NCBI GenBank assembly: GCA_949747515.1
Contig: CATKFO010000059.1
Location: forward strand, 17,813-81,812
DNA: 64,000 bases
Direction: 5' to 3'
Source: an uncultured Eubacteriales bacterium
Lineage (GTDB): Bacteria > Bacillota > Clostridia > Oscillospirales > CAG-272
The notes beneath the pieces were generated by a model that worked only from the letters and a program-made list of their open reading frames with translations, had not been told where the DNA came from and did no database searches. Positions 18,793 through 25,943 of the stretch are shown one piece after another. Every line of letters begins with the position of its first letter. Position 1 is the first letter of the stretch. The translations under genes were made by a program, and so were the position numbers.

Positions 18793-20333
18793 GATTTAAT
18801 CTCCTTATGCTCTCCGCTTGTCAGCATTTTCGGAACTTGGTTTTTCGGCGCTGATCCGCGAGGCAGAGTAAATGTGAAACGACACCATTTTCCATATTCG
18901 CTTTCGCATGAAATATTTTCGCCATGAGCTTCAATAATAGTTCTTGCAATATACATACCAAGGCCAACGCCGGTTTTGTCAAGCCCTCGGCTTTTATCGG
19001 ATTTATAGAATCGATCGAAAATATACGGAAGATCGTCTTCCGAGATACCGACGCCTTCGTTATAAACGCTTGTAACTATTTTTGTTCCGTCATATTTGAC
19101 GGTAATCGAATACTTTCCGCCGTCTCTTGAAAATTTGATCGCGTTATCCATAATATTATATACTATCTGATTTATTGCGTCCGTGTCTCCAATCGCGTAC
19201 ATGTTATCGTCGTCGCACATAAATTCAACGTCCAAGTTTTTTGAATCGATGCGCTGTTCGGACGATATCAGTACTTGTCGGCACATTTCGCATATATCGA
19301 ACGACACCATTTCAAATTTTCGTTCGCCCGCCTGTATTTTCGTAATATCAAGAAGAGAGGAGACAAGACGGGAAAGACGACGTACTTCAGACGCGATTAT
19401 CTCAAGATAGTACTCATGCTTTTCCGGAGGTATGGCTCCGTCAAGTATTCCGTCTATAAATCCGGAAATGGTAGTCATCGGAGTTCTTAGATCGTGAGAT
19501 ACGTTTGCGAGAAACAGTCGTCTCATTTCTTCGTTATTTGCGAGAGAAGCGGCCATATTATTAAACGCTTTAGACAACTCGGCTATCTCGTCGTTTCCTC
19601 TTACAGGCACTCGTATATCAAACTGTCCCTTTGCAAATTTTTTTGACGCTCGGCTCATTAGGCGTATGGGAGCTATGAGCCTTTCGCTAATAAAATACAC
19701 GACGACTAGCACGGCGAGCATAAGCCAAAGCGTAGACATTACGACGCTTCTTACCATACTGTCGAGCAGAGTATTCATACCGTTTCGCGCTGATCCGGCG
19801 ATTATAGCTCCAGCTAATACTCCGGTTTTTGTGTATACCGGTTTGGCGCATATTATATATTCCTCGTCGTAAATTCCGTCGAGATCGGTGATCGCTCTGA
19901 CGTAGCTTTTTTCCGAAAGCTCTTCCATGAATCCGTCAGGCAAGCGATATCGTTCGGATCCAGATGGGAGAATACCGTCCTCTCCAGTATACTTTAACGC
20001 TCCGGGTCCTCCTCCTGAAATAAATATGTTTCCTGAAGTATCGGCGAGCATTATTATAAAATCGTCTGCGTTTATGTTCATTGAATTGATTATTGGAAGA
20101 AGATTCGGGGCGTAAACTCCGGCGTATTTTCTCAGGTCCTCCATATTATACGTGTCCATTTTTTTGTACATAAAGTCGGACATAAAGTCCGCGGCGGAGC
20201 TAACCGTATTAGTCTTTACTTCCGTGCTGTAAGACGTAACTAAAGACGTAATTATGATAGTAAGAATAAACATACATAGAATGTTTATCAGCATAAATGC
20301 GGTAACGTATTTTAGAAATACACTTTTGAACAT
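18789..20333 (-). CDS. sensor histidine kinase (two TM, HAMP, HisKA, HATPase)
   Basis: H-box SHDLRTPMT, N box NAIKFS, G box GVGLGMYIA. The ATG at 20333 follows GGAGA (alternative ATG at 20345). Confidence 0.9.
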   Translation of the reverse strand: MFKSVFLKYVTAFMLINILCMFILTIIITSLVTSYSTEVKTNTVSSAADFMSDFMYKKMDTYNMEDLRKYAGVYAPNLLPIINSMNINADDFIIMLADTSGNIFISGGGPGALKYTGEDGILPSGSERYRLPDGFMEELSEKSYVRAITDLDGIYDEEYIICAKPVYTKTGVLAGAIIAGSARNGMNTLLDSMVRSVVMSTLWLMLAVLVVVYFISERLIAPIRLMSRASKKFAKGQFDIRVPVRGNDEIAELSKAFNNMAASLANNEEMRRLFLANVSHDLRTPMTTISGFIDGILDGAIPPEKHEYYLEIIASEVRRLSRLVSSLLDITKIQAGERKFEMVSFDICEMCRQVLISSEQRIDSKNLDVEFMCDDDNMYAIGDTDAINQIVYNIMDNAIKFSRDGGKYSITVKYDGTKIVTSVYNEGVGISEDDLPYIFDRFYKSDKSRGLDKTGVGLGMYIARTIIEAHGENISCESEYGKWCRFTFTLPRGSAPKNQVPKMLTSGEHKEIKS

Positions 20334-20449
20334 GACTGTCTCCATTTGTTGGCGTATAACAATACGCTTGAGTTATAAAACGGTCCCGAAAAGCACAATA
20401 CCACCTCGGCCGGTTAGACCGAAGTGGACGTGTGAGAAAATATTATTTT

Positions 20450-21139
20450 TTACTGTATAAGTTCAAATTTGTAGCCTACGCCCCATACTGTTTTCAAGGT
20501 CCACTTATCTGAAACGCCTTCAAGTTTTTCACGAAGACGCTTTACATGTACGTCTACCGTTCTGGAGTCTCCAAGATAATCGAATCCCCATACCTTGTCC
20601 AAAAGCTGATCGCGAGTAAATACTCGATTAAAGTTAGACGCAAGGAAATAGAGAAGTTCGAGCTCTTTGGGGGGAATGTCGACTTGTTTGCCGTTCAGCT
20701 TAAGCTCATACTTTTGAAGACTTATTTCAATATTTTCAAATTTTACGACTTCGTCTTCTTTTTGGGTGTCATGAGCGGCGTATCTACGAAGAACAGCCTT
20801 GATACGCGCGGAAAGCTCTTTCATGTCGAAAGGCTTAACCACAAAGTCGTCCGCTCCAAGCTCTAACCCGAGAACTTTATCAAATACGTCCCCTTTGGCC
20901 GTGATCATAATGATTGGACGAGACGATGATTCTCTGATCTCTCGGCAAACCTGCCAGCCGTCCTTTTTAGGCAGCATGATATCCAGCAATACTAAATCCG
21001 GTTCATACATTTTGAAAAAGCTAACGCCTTCGGCGCCGTCGCCGGCCGTCTTTACTTCATACCCTTCGTTTTCAAAGTAGAGCTTAAGTAAATCGCAGAT
21101 ATTGGGATCGTCGTCAACGACGAGAATTTTTGTTCCCAT
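20450..21139 (-). CDS. OmpR-family response regulator
   Basis: Receiver domain (VDDD, LLDIMLP, TAKG) plus winged-helix C-terminus (TVWGVGYKF); AGGAGG RBS. Confidence 0.92.
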   Translation of the reverse strand: MGTKILVVDDDPNICDLLKLYFENEGYEVKTAGDGAEGVSFFKMYEPDLVLLDIMLPKKDGWQVCREIRESSSRPIIMITAKGDVFDKVLGLELGADDFVVKPFDMKELSARIKAVLRRYAAHDTQKEDEVVKFENIEISLQKYELKLNGKQVDIPPKELELLYFLASNFNRVFTRDQLLDKVWGFDYLGDSRTVDVHVKRLREKLEGVSDKWTLKTVWGVGYKFELIQ

Positions 21140-21457
21140 GATCGTACCTCCTTTTTATTTCTTATAAGCATCTTCACTATATAGATACTATTATACGATA
21201 TTACGGCGAATTTGTCAAACATTTTTGAGAATTAAGCAGATTTTTTGCTTTTTCTCTTTCTTACAATAAAATTATACGAGACAAATGTGTTTTTCTGGTG
21301 AAATCAGACTGATAATTTGGGAAAAGTAAGGAAAAACGGCTTTTAAGTAATACTGAATCTAATATCGCGTATTTTTATAAATATATGAGCGACAAATTTA
21401 TAGACGTATTTATGGACTTAATTATAATTTTATAGTTATTCATGGTGCGATCAGGTA

Positions 21458-21486
21458 TTTACAACAGGATGAAATTATTGTATAAT
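21458..21486 (+). promoter_or_regulatory. strong sigma-A type promoter now followed only by a ychF 5' remnant
   Basis: TTTACA (21458-21463), a 17-nt spacer, then TATAAT (21481-21486). Confidence 0.55.
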
Positions 21487-21574
21487 TAACTGGTATTTAT
21501 ATAAAGGCTGCGAAAAGGATAACTCCGCAGGTAAGAATTTATTTTGTAATTATTACGAAAAGGATTAAAGATAT

Positions 21575-21601
21575 ATGAAACTCGGAATAATTATATATTG
21601 A
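21575..21601 (+). pseudogene. ychF: displaced or duplicated ychF 5' end (MKLGII then stop)
   Basis: ATGAAACTCGGAATAATT matches the real ychF start ATGAAATTAGGAATAATC (32368-32385) at 15 of 18 nt. Both encode MKLGII. This frame stops after 8 codons. Confidence 0.5.
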
Positions 21602-21716
21602 CGAATTTCCATATTTTCATAAAGAATAACAAATCTGCATAAGCCCCCATGGTACAAGGAAATATTGATTTTTGCAGTTTATATATCTTGATGTTATTTA
21701 ACAAGAATCAATGTGA

Positions 21717-21737
21717 AAATGGCGTAAAAATGGCGTA
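21717..21737 (+). repeat. left copy of the terminal direct repeat (2 x ATGGCGTA)
   Basis: AAATGGCGTAAAAATGGCGTA; the partner at 32292-32313 differs by one extra A. Confidence 0.8.
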
Positions 21738-21764
21738 GACGATTTTTTTCAAAATTAAATATTG

Positions 21765-21807
21765 AAACGGTCATTCGTGTCTGAGAAAGTTGCGAATGAC
21801 CGTTTTT
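21765..21807. terminator. strong hairpin terminator at the left end of the element
   Basis: Perfect 13-bp stem, AAACGGTCATTCG (21765-21777) with CGAATGACCGTTT (21793-21805), then TTTTT on the plus strand. It also lies just downstream of the minus-strand 69-aa gene. Confidence 0.8.
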
Positions 21808-21812
21808 CATAT

Positions 21813-22022
21813 TTAAACTACCGCAGCGTTATCCGAGACTTCAAAAACATTCTCACCAACTACAAACAGGAGCGATCCTGTGGGACTGTCTTCAATCGAG
21901 ATATTACATCCTTGCAGTTCTGGAATCATTTTCAGTAAATCTACAATATCAGTCGGGGACAATATACATTCCTCTGCTAATGGGTTGCTTGAAGCAACAA
22001 TTTTACGTCTTAATCTCTTCAT
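21813..22022 (-). CDS. hypothetical protein (69 aa)
   Basis: AAGGAG RBS at good spacing; no motif recognised. Confidence 0.6.
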   Translation of the reverse strand: MKRLRRKIVASSNPLAEECILSPTDIVDLLKMIPELQGCNISIEDSPTGSLLFVVGENVFEVSDNAAVV

Positions 22023-22352
22023 AGTTAAAACTCCTTTGTGTGGATAATTGATTTGTAAAATTACAAGACATTCCTTTTCATTTGTGTTGCTCAGGTTGAA
22101 CAGCGTATTTTCTGTTTCATGTTTTCATGACGGTTTCATGAGTAACGCAGAATCAGAAAATCAAACTACATTCGGAAAACTTGTTTTCTTTATCAATAAT
22201 ATTAAAGGTTTTGAAGGCAATTTTTCCTATTTAAAGAGAACACCGTATATCACACGATATACGGCGGTTAAAGTTATTCTATATAAATTATGGCTGTTAT
22301 AATTTATCCACGTGAGAACAGGCGCAGAAAATGTTTGCGTTAGGTATAAAGG

Positions 22353-22658
22353 TTAGTCAATACCTAAGAGTATATTCACAGCCTGTTGCAGTTCCGGTTT
22401 TGCGCGGTAAGACTGTAATACCTTTCTTTCCTGCTCGGTGATTTCTCCATCCATTAGGTGAACATCCAAAAGCTCACTTGGCGATACCTGCAAGGCTCTG
22501 CATATCTCAGCGAGAATATCCGCGTCGGGTCTGTTGATACCCTGCTCCCAATTTGAAACCCTGCTGTTGCTGACTCCGATCAGCTCGGCTAATTGCTTTT
22601 GACTTAGATTTCTGTCCTCACGGTATTTGCGGATTCTGTTTCCGATTTCATATTTCAT
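22353..22658 (-). CDS. XRE-family HTH repressor (cI-like, no peptidase domain)
   Basis: LSQKQLAELIGVSNSRVSNWEQG helix-turn-helix. 101 aa. Divergent from a second HTH gene. Confidence 0.85.
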   Translation of the reverse strand: MKYEIGNRIRKYREDRNLSQKQLAELIGVSNSRVSNWEQGINRPDADILAEICRALQVSPSELLDVHLMDGEITEQERKVLQSYRAKPELQQAVNILLGID

Positions 22659-22717
22659 CCTATCACCTCACCTTGCAATAATTATACAGCATATTATCTG
22701 AAAAGTAAATAGAAAAA

Positions 22718-22792
22718 TACAGTATTTCTGTAGAAAAGCGTTGACGAAACAGTATATCTGTGATATAATGTAGAAAAATACAGAAAATCTTG
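22718..22792. promoter_or_regulatory. switch region: operators plus the rightward promoter
   Basis: TACAGTATTTCTGTA (22718-22732) and ACAGTATATCTGT (22749-22761) are palindromic and near-identical. A degenerate third copy is at 22780-22792. TTGACG (22741-22746), 17 nt, TATAAT (22764-22769) has the second operator in its spacer. Confidence 0.7.
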
Positions 22793-22811
22793 ATTGTGGA
22801 GGTGAAAAATC

Positions 22812-23036
22812 ATGAGTGTGTATGAAAAAGTGCGCGCGTATCTTGATGAAAACGGGATAAAACAAGTCGTTATTGCACAGAAAGCAGGGATATCCAATGT
22901 GACTTTCAACGCGATAATGAACGGCAAGCGGACAATGTATGCAGACGATCTGCGGGCTATCTGTCTTGCACTGAATGTCAGTCCCGAATTGTTTATTGAC
23001 GTTAAATGTCCTTGCAAAAGCGGTACTAAAGGATGA
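22812..23036 (+). CDS. XRE-family HTH protein (Cro-like)
   Basis: 74 aa with HTH segment QVVIAQKAGISNVTFNAIMNG; GGAGGTGA RBS. Confidence 0.8.
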   Translation: MSVYEKVRAYLDENGIKQVVIAQKAGISNVTFNAIMNGKRTMYADDLRAICLALNVSPELFIDVKCPCKSGTKG

Positions 23037-23142
23037 TTTCAGAGACGATATCTGATTTTATATTGCTAAACTAAAAATAACAGTTATCAATAAATATCTT
23101 TTTAATACAAAATAAGAATATTTTTTATTTAGGAGGCTGAAA

Positions 23143-24018
23143 ATGTTAACTCACTCAAACAAAGATGAAAATATTGTTATGAAGGATATCCATTGTCCTT
23201 ACTGTGGAAGTGATAACGCCTTATTACTTAATAAGACAACATCAAAAAAGTTATCACTTCAATTACCAGCCTATGGCTTAAAATTTATATTTTCTCTTTT
23301 ATATTTATCCTTTGTACAAATATGGATACATGGTTATAAACTAATTGAAGCAATAAAAGTAATTGATACTGTTACATATGGCTTTTGTCCTCATTGCGGA
23401 AACAGTTATTCAATGGCTCCACCAGATATCATAAAAGAAGAAATAAAAGAACCAAGATTTTATAAAATAAAAGATGGCAAAATAGTAATGGGTTTATGCA
23501 AAGGTATTTCCGAATATACGGGCATTTCCTTATTGTGGGTTCGCATTATGACAGTATTTTATGGATTAACAGTTATTGGTGCCATTTTATACTTTTTAAT
23601 TGGTGCTTGTCTTCCTTTTAAAGAAGAAGCCGAGGACGGTGTTGCATATAAGAAATTCTACAGGATTAATAAAGGCAAAGATATAATGGGTCTGTGTAAA
23701 GGCTTTTCTGAATATACAAGTATTCCTGTTATGTGGGTTAGAATCTTTACCGTATTGTTTAGTAGTACAATTATAGGCATTCCGCTTTATTTTATTATAT
23801 CGGCGTTTGTTCCTGTAAAAGAAAATGTTGAACAAGGTATTACACGGAAAAAGTTATATAAAATCAAAGAAGGTAAAGTCATTCTCGGACTGTGTGCAGG
23901 ATTTGCTAAGTATGCAAACATGCGGTTGTGGCTCGTTCGTTTGTTAACAATTGTTCTTGTCATTCCGTTAGCTTTGTATTGGATTATAGGAGCTATTGTG
24001 CCGACTGAGGAAAAGTAA
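23143..24018 (+). CDS. membrane protein: split zinc ribbon plus three tandem PspC domains
   Basis: CPYCG and CPHCG flank a TM helix. Three repeats follow of the pattern YKIKxGKxxxGLCxGxxxYxxxxxxxVRxxxV plus a TM helix. AGGAGG RBS. Confidence 0.8.
   Translation: MLTHSNKDENIVMKDIHCPYCGSDNALLLNKTTSKKLSLQLPAYGLKFIFSLLYLSFVQIWIHGYKLIEAIKVIDTVTYGFCPHCGNSYSMAPPDIIKEEIKEPRFYKIKDGKIVMGLCKGISEYTGISLLWVRIMTVFYGLTVIGAILYFLIGACLPFKEEAEDGVAYKKFYRINKGKDIMGLCKGFSEYTSIPVMWVRIFTVLFSSTIIGIPLYFIISAFVPVKENVEQGITRKKLYKIKEGKVILGLCAGFAKYANMRLWLVRLLTIVLVIPLALYWIIGAIVPTEEK
23455..24003 (+). repeat. three diverged in-frame tandem repeats, each encoding one PspC-type module
   Basis: Residues 105-158, 170-224 and 236-287 align with each other (nt 23455-23616, 23650-23814, 23848-24003). 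Confidence 0.75.
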
Positions 24019-24019
24019 A

Positions 24020-25549
24020 ATGCAGAATAATAAGCAGTTACCTCCTGGCTGGGGTAAAAATACAGAAAAACCCAAAAGCTGGAATACACAAAACAATAAA
24101 CTTCCAAATGATTTCAGTAATAGCCCAAAAGCCTTGGACACTAAAGAAAATAGTGACGCAGTCTTAACCAAAAATCATCAAGGAGAAATATCAAATTTTG
24201 TTCCTTCATCAGGTAAAGAAACAAAAACTCCCATAATCGAAAGTGATATTAAATCAGAGCAAGTTTCCGCTTGCTCTGATAACTTAAATATTACTAAGAG
24301 TACTAGTACAAATAAAAATGATGAACTAGGTCATTCTAATAAGAGCATTGTAAAACCGTCAGACAAAGCAATAACACTTTCAGAAAAAACGATTGATAAA
24401 AAATCTTCTCGCAAGAAAAAAGTTATCCTGTTCATAGCGATAATAATTATTGTCGTGTTGGTTTTTGTATGTGTTTTAATATCATTAAAAAGAAAAAATG
24501 ATAATCAAAATAATAGTACCGATAAAACAGAAGAATCATTTTCTACTGAAAAAGTATATACTTCGATAGTTTCCGAAGAAATAACCGAAGAAGAAACAAC
24601 AGATAATTCATCTGAAATTACTACAGAAACACCCTCAACAACGGAATTACCTGAAACTACTGAGCCAAATATAAGCTTAACTGAGTACATAGGTTTTTGG
24701 CGTAATTCAAATGATGATGAATTAACCATCAATAGTGCAGATCAAAGTTCAGTTAATTTTAGTTTGTATTTTTACCGACTAACTTCAATTGAAAATGTTG
24801 TCGCTGAACTTAGTGGCAATATAGCATCTTTCTCATATATCAGTAATGGGGAACCTTGGACGGGAGACGGTATAACTAGTGGAATATTAGAATTTAACAA
24901 GTCATCAATTACTGTGACCTTAACCGAATCTGATATTACTTATATACCTAAGGGTTACACCATAGTATTTGATATTATGGATAGTCAAAGCCGTGACGAT
25001 TATCAAACCGACGAACCGACATTTGAAGAAAATACAAGTTCATCAGAAGAACCAATCATTGAAACGGATAACAAAGTATATTGTTCTGTTTGCGGTACCG
25101 ACTGTACGAATAGAAATATGACAGATGGTATATGTGATGATTGTTATACTCATATTCCTAATGTTTACTGCCCTAATTGTGAATATGGTTTTTTCACTAC
25201 CGGAGTAGGTATAAGTGGATTTGAATGTCCAAAATGTAATTATAAATTTAATTATCCTCCAGATTCTCACTCGCAGGAGTTTTTTGAAATAAGCGGATAT
25301 TACAAAGAGCATGAAACTCTATCTAACGGAGAACACATAGATAAAAATTATGATGGAGAGCTTTATTTGTATTCAGATGGTACTGCTTATATATCATCAT
25401 CAGGATTGAGTGTTAATTTAAATTGGGATGTTGAAGTAATGTGGAATGCATCAAATCCTTACGAAAAATTTTCTTTTGCAACAGACAATGAGTACCTGAC
25501 TATATATTTACAAAATGACATCAAATGGATATTTAAAAAAATCTATTGA
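24020..25549 (+). CDS. single-pass membrane protein with a low-complexity N-terminus, Thr/Glu-rich linker and two CxxC-pair zinc knuckles
   Basis: The ATG at 24020 is 1 nt after the upstream stop, with GAGG at 24007-24010. TM encoded at nt 24422-24487. CSVCG..CDDC and CPNC..CPKC encoded at nt 25082-25240. Confidence 0.75.
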   Translation: MQNNKQLPPGWGKNTEKPKSWNTQNNKLPNDFSNSPKALDTKENSDAVLTKNHQGEISNFVPSSGKETKTPIIESDIKSEQVSACSDNLNITKSTSTNKNDELGHSNKSIVKPSDKAITLSEKTIDKKSSRKKKVILFIAIIIIVVLVFVCVLISLKRKNDNQNNSTDKTEESFSTEKVYTSIVSEEITEEETTDNSSEITTETPSTTELPETTEPNISLTEYIGFWRNSNDDELTINSADQSSVNFSLYFYRLTSIENVVAELSGNIASFSYISNGEPWTGDGITSGILEFNKSSITVTLTESDITYIPKGYTIVFDIMDSQSRDDYQTDEPTFEENTSSSEEPIIETDNKVYCSVCGTDCTNRNMTDGICDDCYTHIPNVYCPNCEYGFFTTGVGISGFECPKCNYKFNYPPDSHSQEFFEISGYYKEHETLSNGEHIDKNYDGELYLYSDGTAYISSSGLSVNLNWDVEVMWNASNPYEKFSFATDNEYLTIYLQNDIKWIFKKIY

Positions 25550-25616
25550 TATCTGTCTGTTGTTTTATCCCTATAAAAACAAACATCTCTTTCCGTTTAT
25601 AGATTTACACACCACA

Positions 25617-25652
25617 AAACAGCCGTAGTCTGCTATGATTACGGCTGTTTTC
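25617..25652. terminator. bidirectional terminator
   Basis: Perfect 11-bp stem, AAACAGCCGTA (25617-25627) with TACGGCTGTTT (25640-25650), plus a T run. Confidence 0.85.
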
Positions 25653-25700
25653 TATAAAAGATATTGGCAACACCTTTTCTTTTATATTAAAGTATGGAAT

Positions 25701-25943
25701 TTATTTTGCAAGAACCTCATAAGCAGATTTGTTCTTTGCAATGAGTCTCTTTGAAATCTCTCTTACATCTTCTTCTTTTGCTGTCTGCTCCTGCTCTGCC
25801 GCGTTAAATTCCACAACAAGATAGCGCGGCACATTGTTTTTCAAAATAATGACAGAGCCGTTTTCATCAACCATTCTTGCGACGCGTGAAAAATTTTGAT
25901 TGGCTTCCGTTATGGAAATTAAGTTATCTGTATTTACAGTCAT
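25701..25943 (-). CDS. Phd/YefM-family antitoxin-like protein (no adjacent toxin)
   Basis: The N-terminus ISITEANQNFSRVARMVDENGSVIILKNNVPRYLVV is typical of the Phd/YefM fold; 80 aa. Confidence 0.75.
   Translation of the reverse strand: MTVNTDNLISITEANQNFSRVARMVDENGSVIILKNNVPRYLVVEFNAAEQEQTAKEEDVREISKRLIAKNKSAYEVLAK

Noticed and set aside
22048-22302. 84-aa plus-strand ORF in the island gap between the 69-aa gene and the cI-like gene
   Set aside because: It has a TTG start, no RBS and low-complexity sequence. Minus-strand ATGs in the same gap give only 4-9 codon peptides. I treat it as non-coding (see the TTTCATG repeats and the hairpin at 22243-22264).
25550-25700. Search for a toxin partner downstream of the Phd/YefM-like gene
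   Set aside because: The interval holds only the 11-bp-stem terminator and about 50 nt of spacer. No ORF of useful length exists on either strand.
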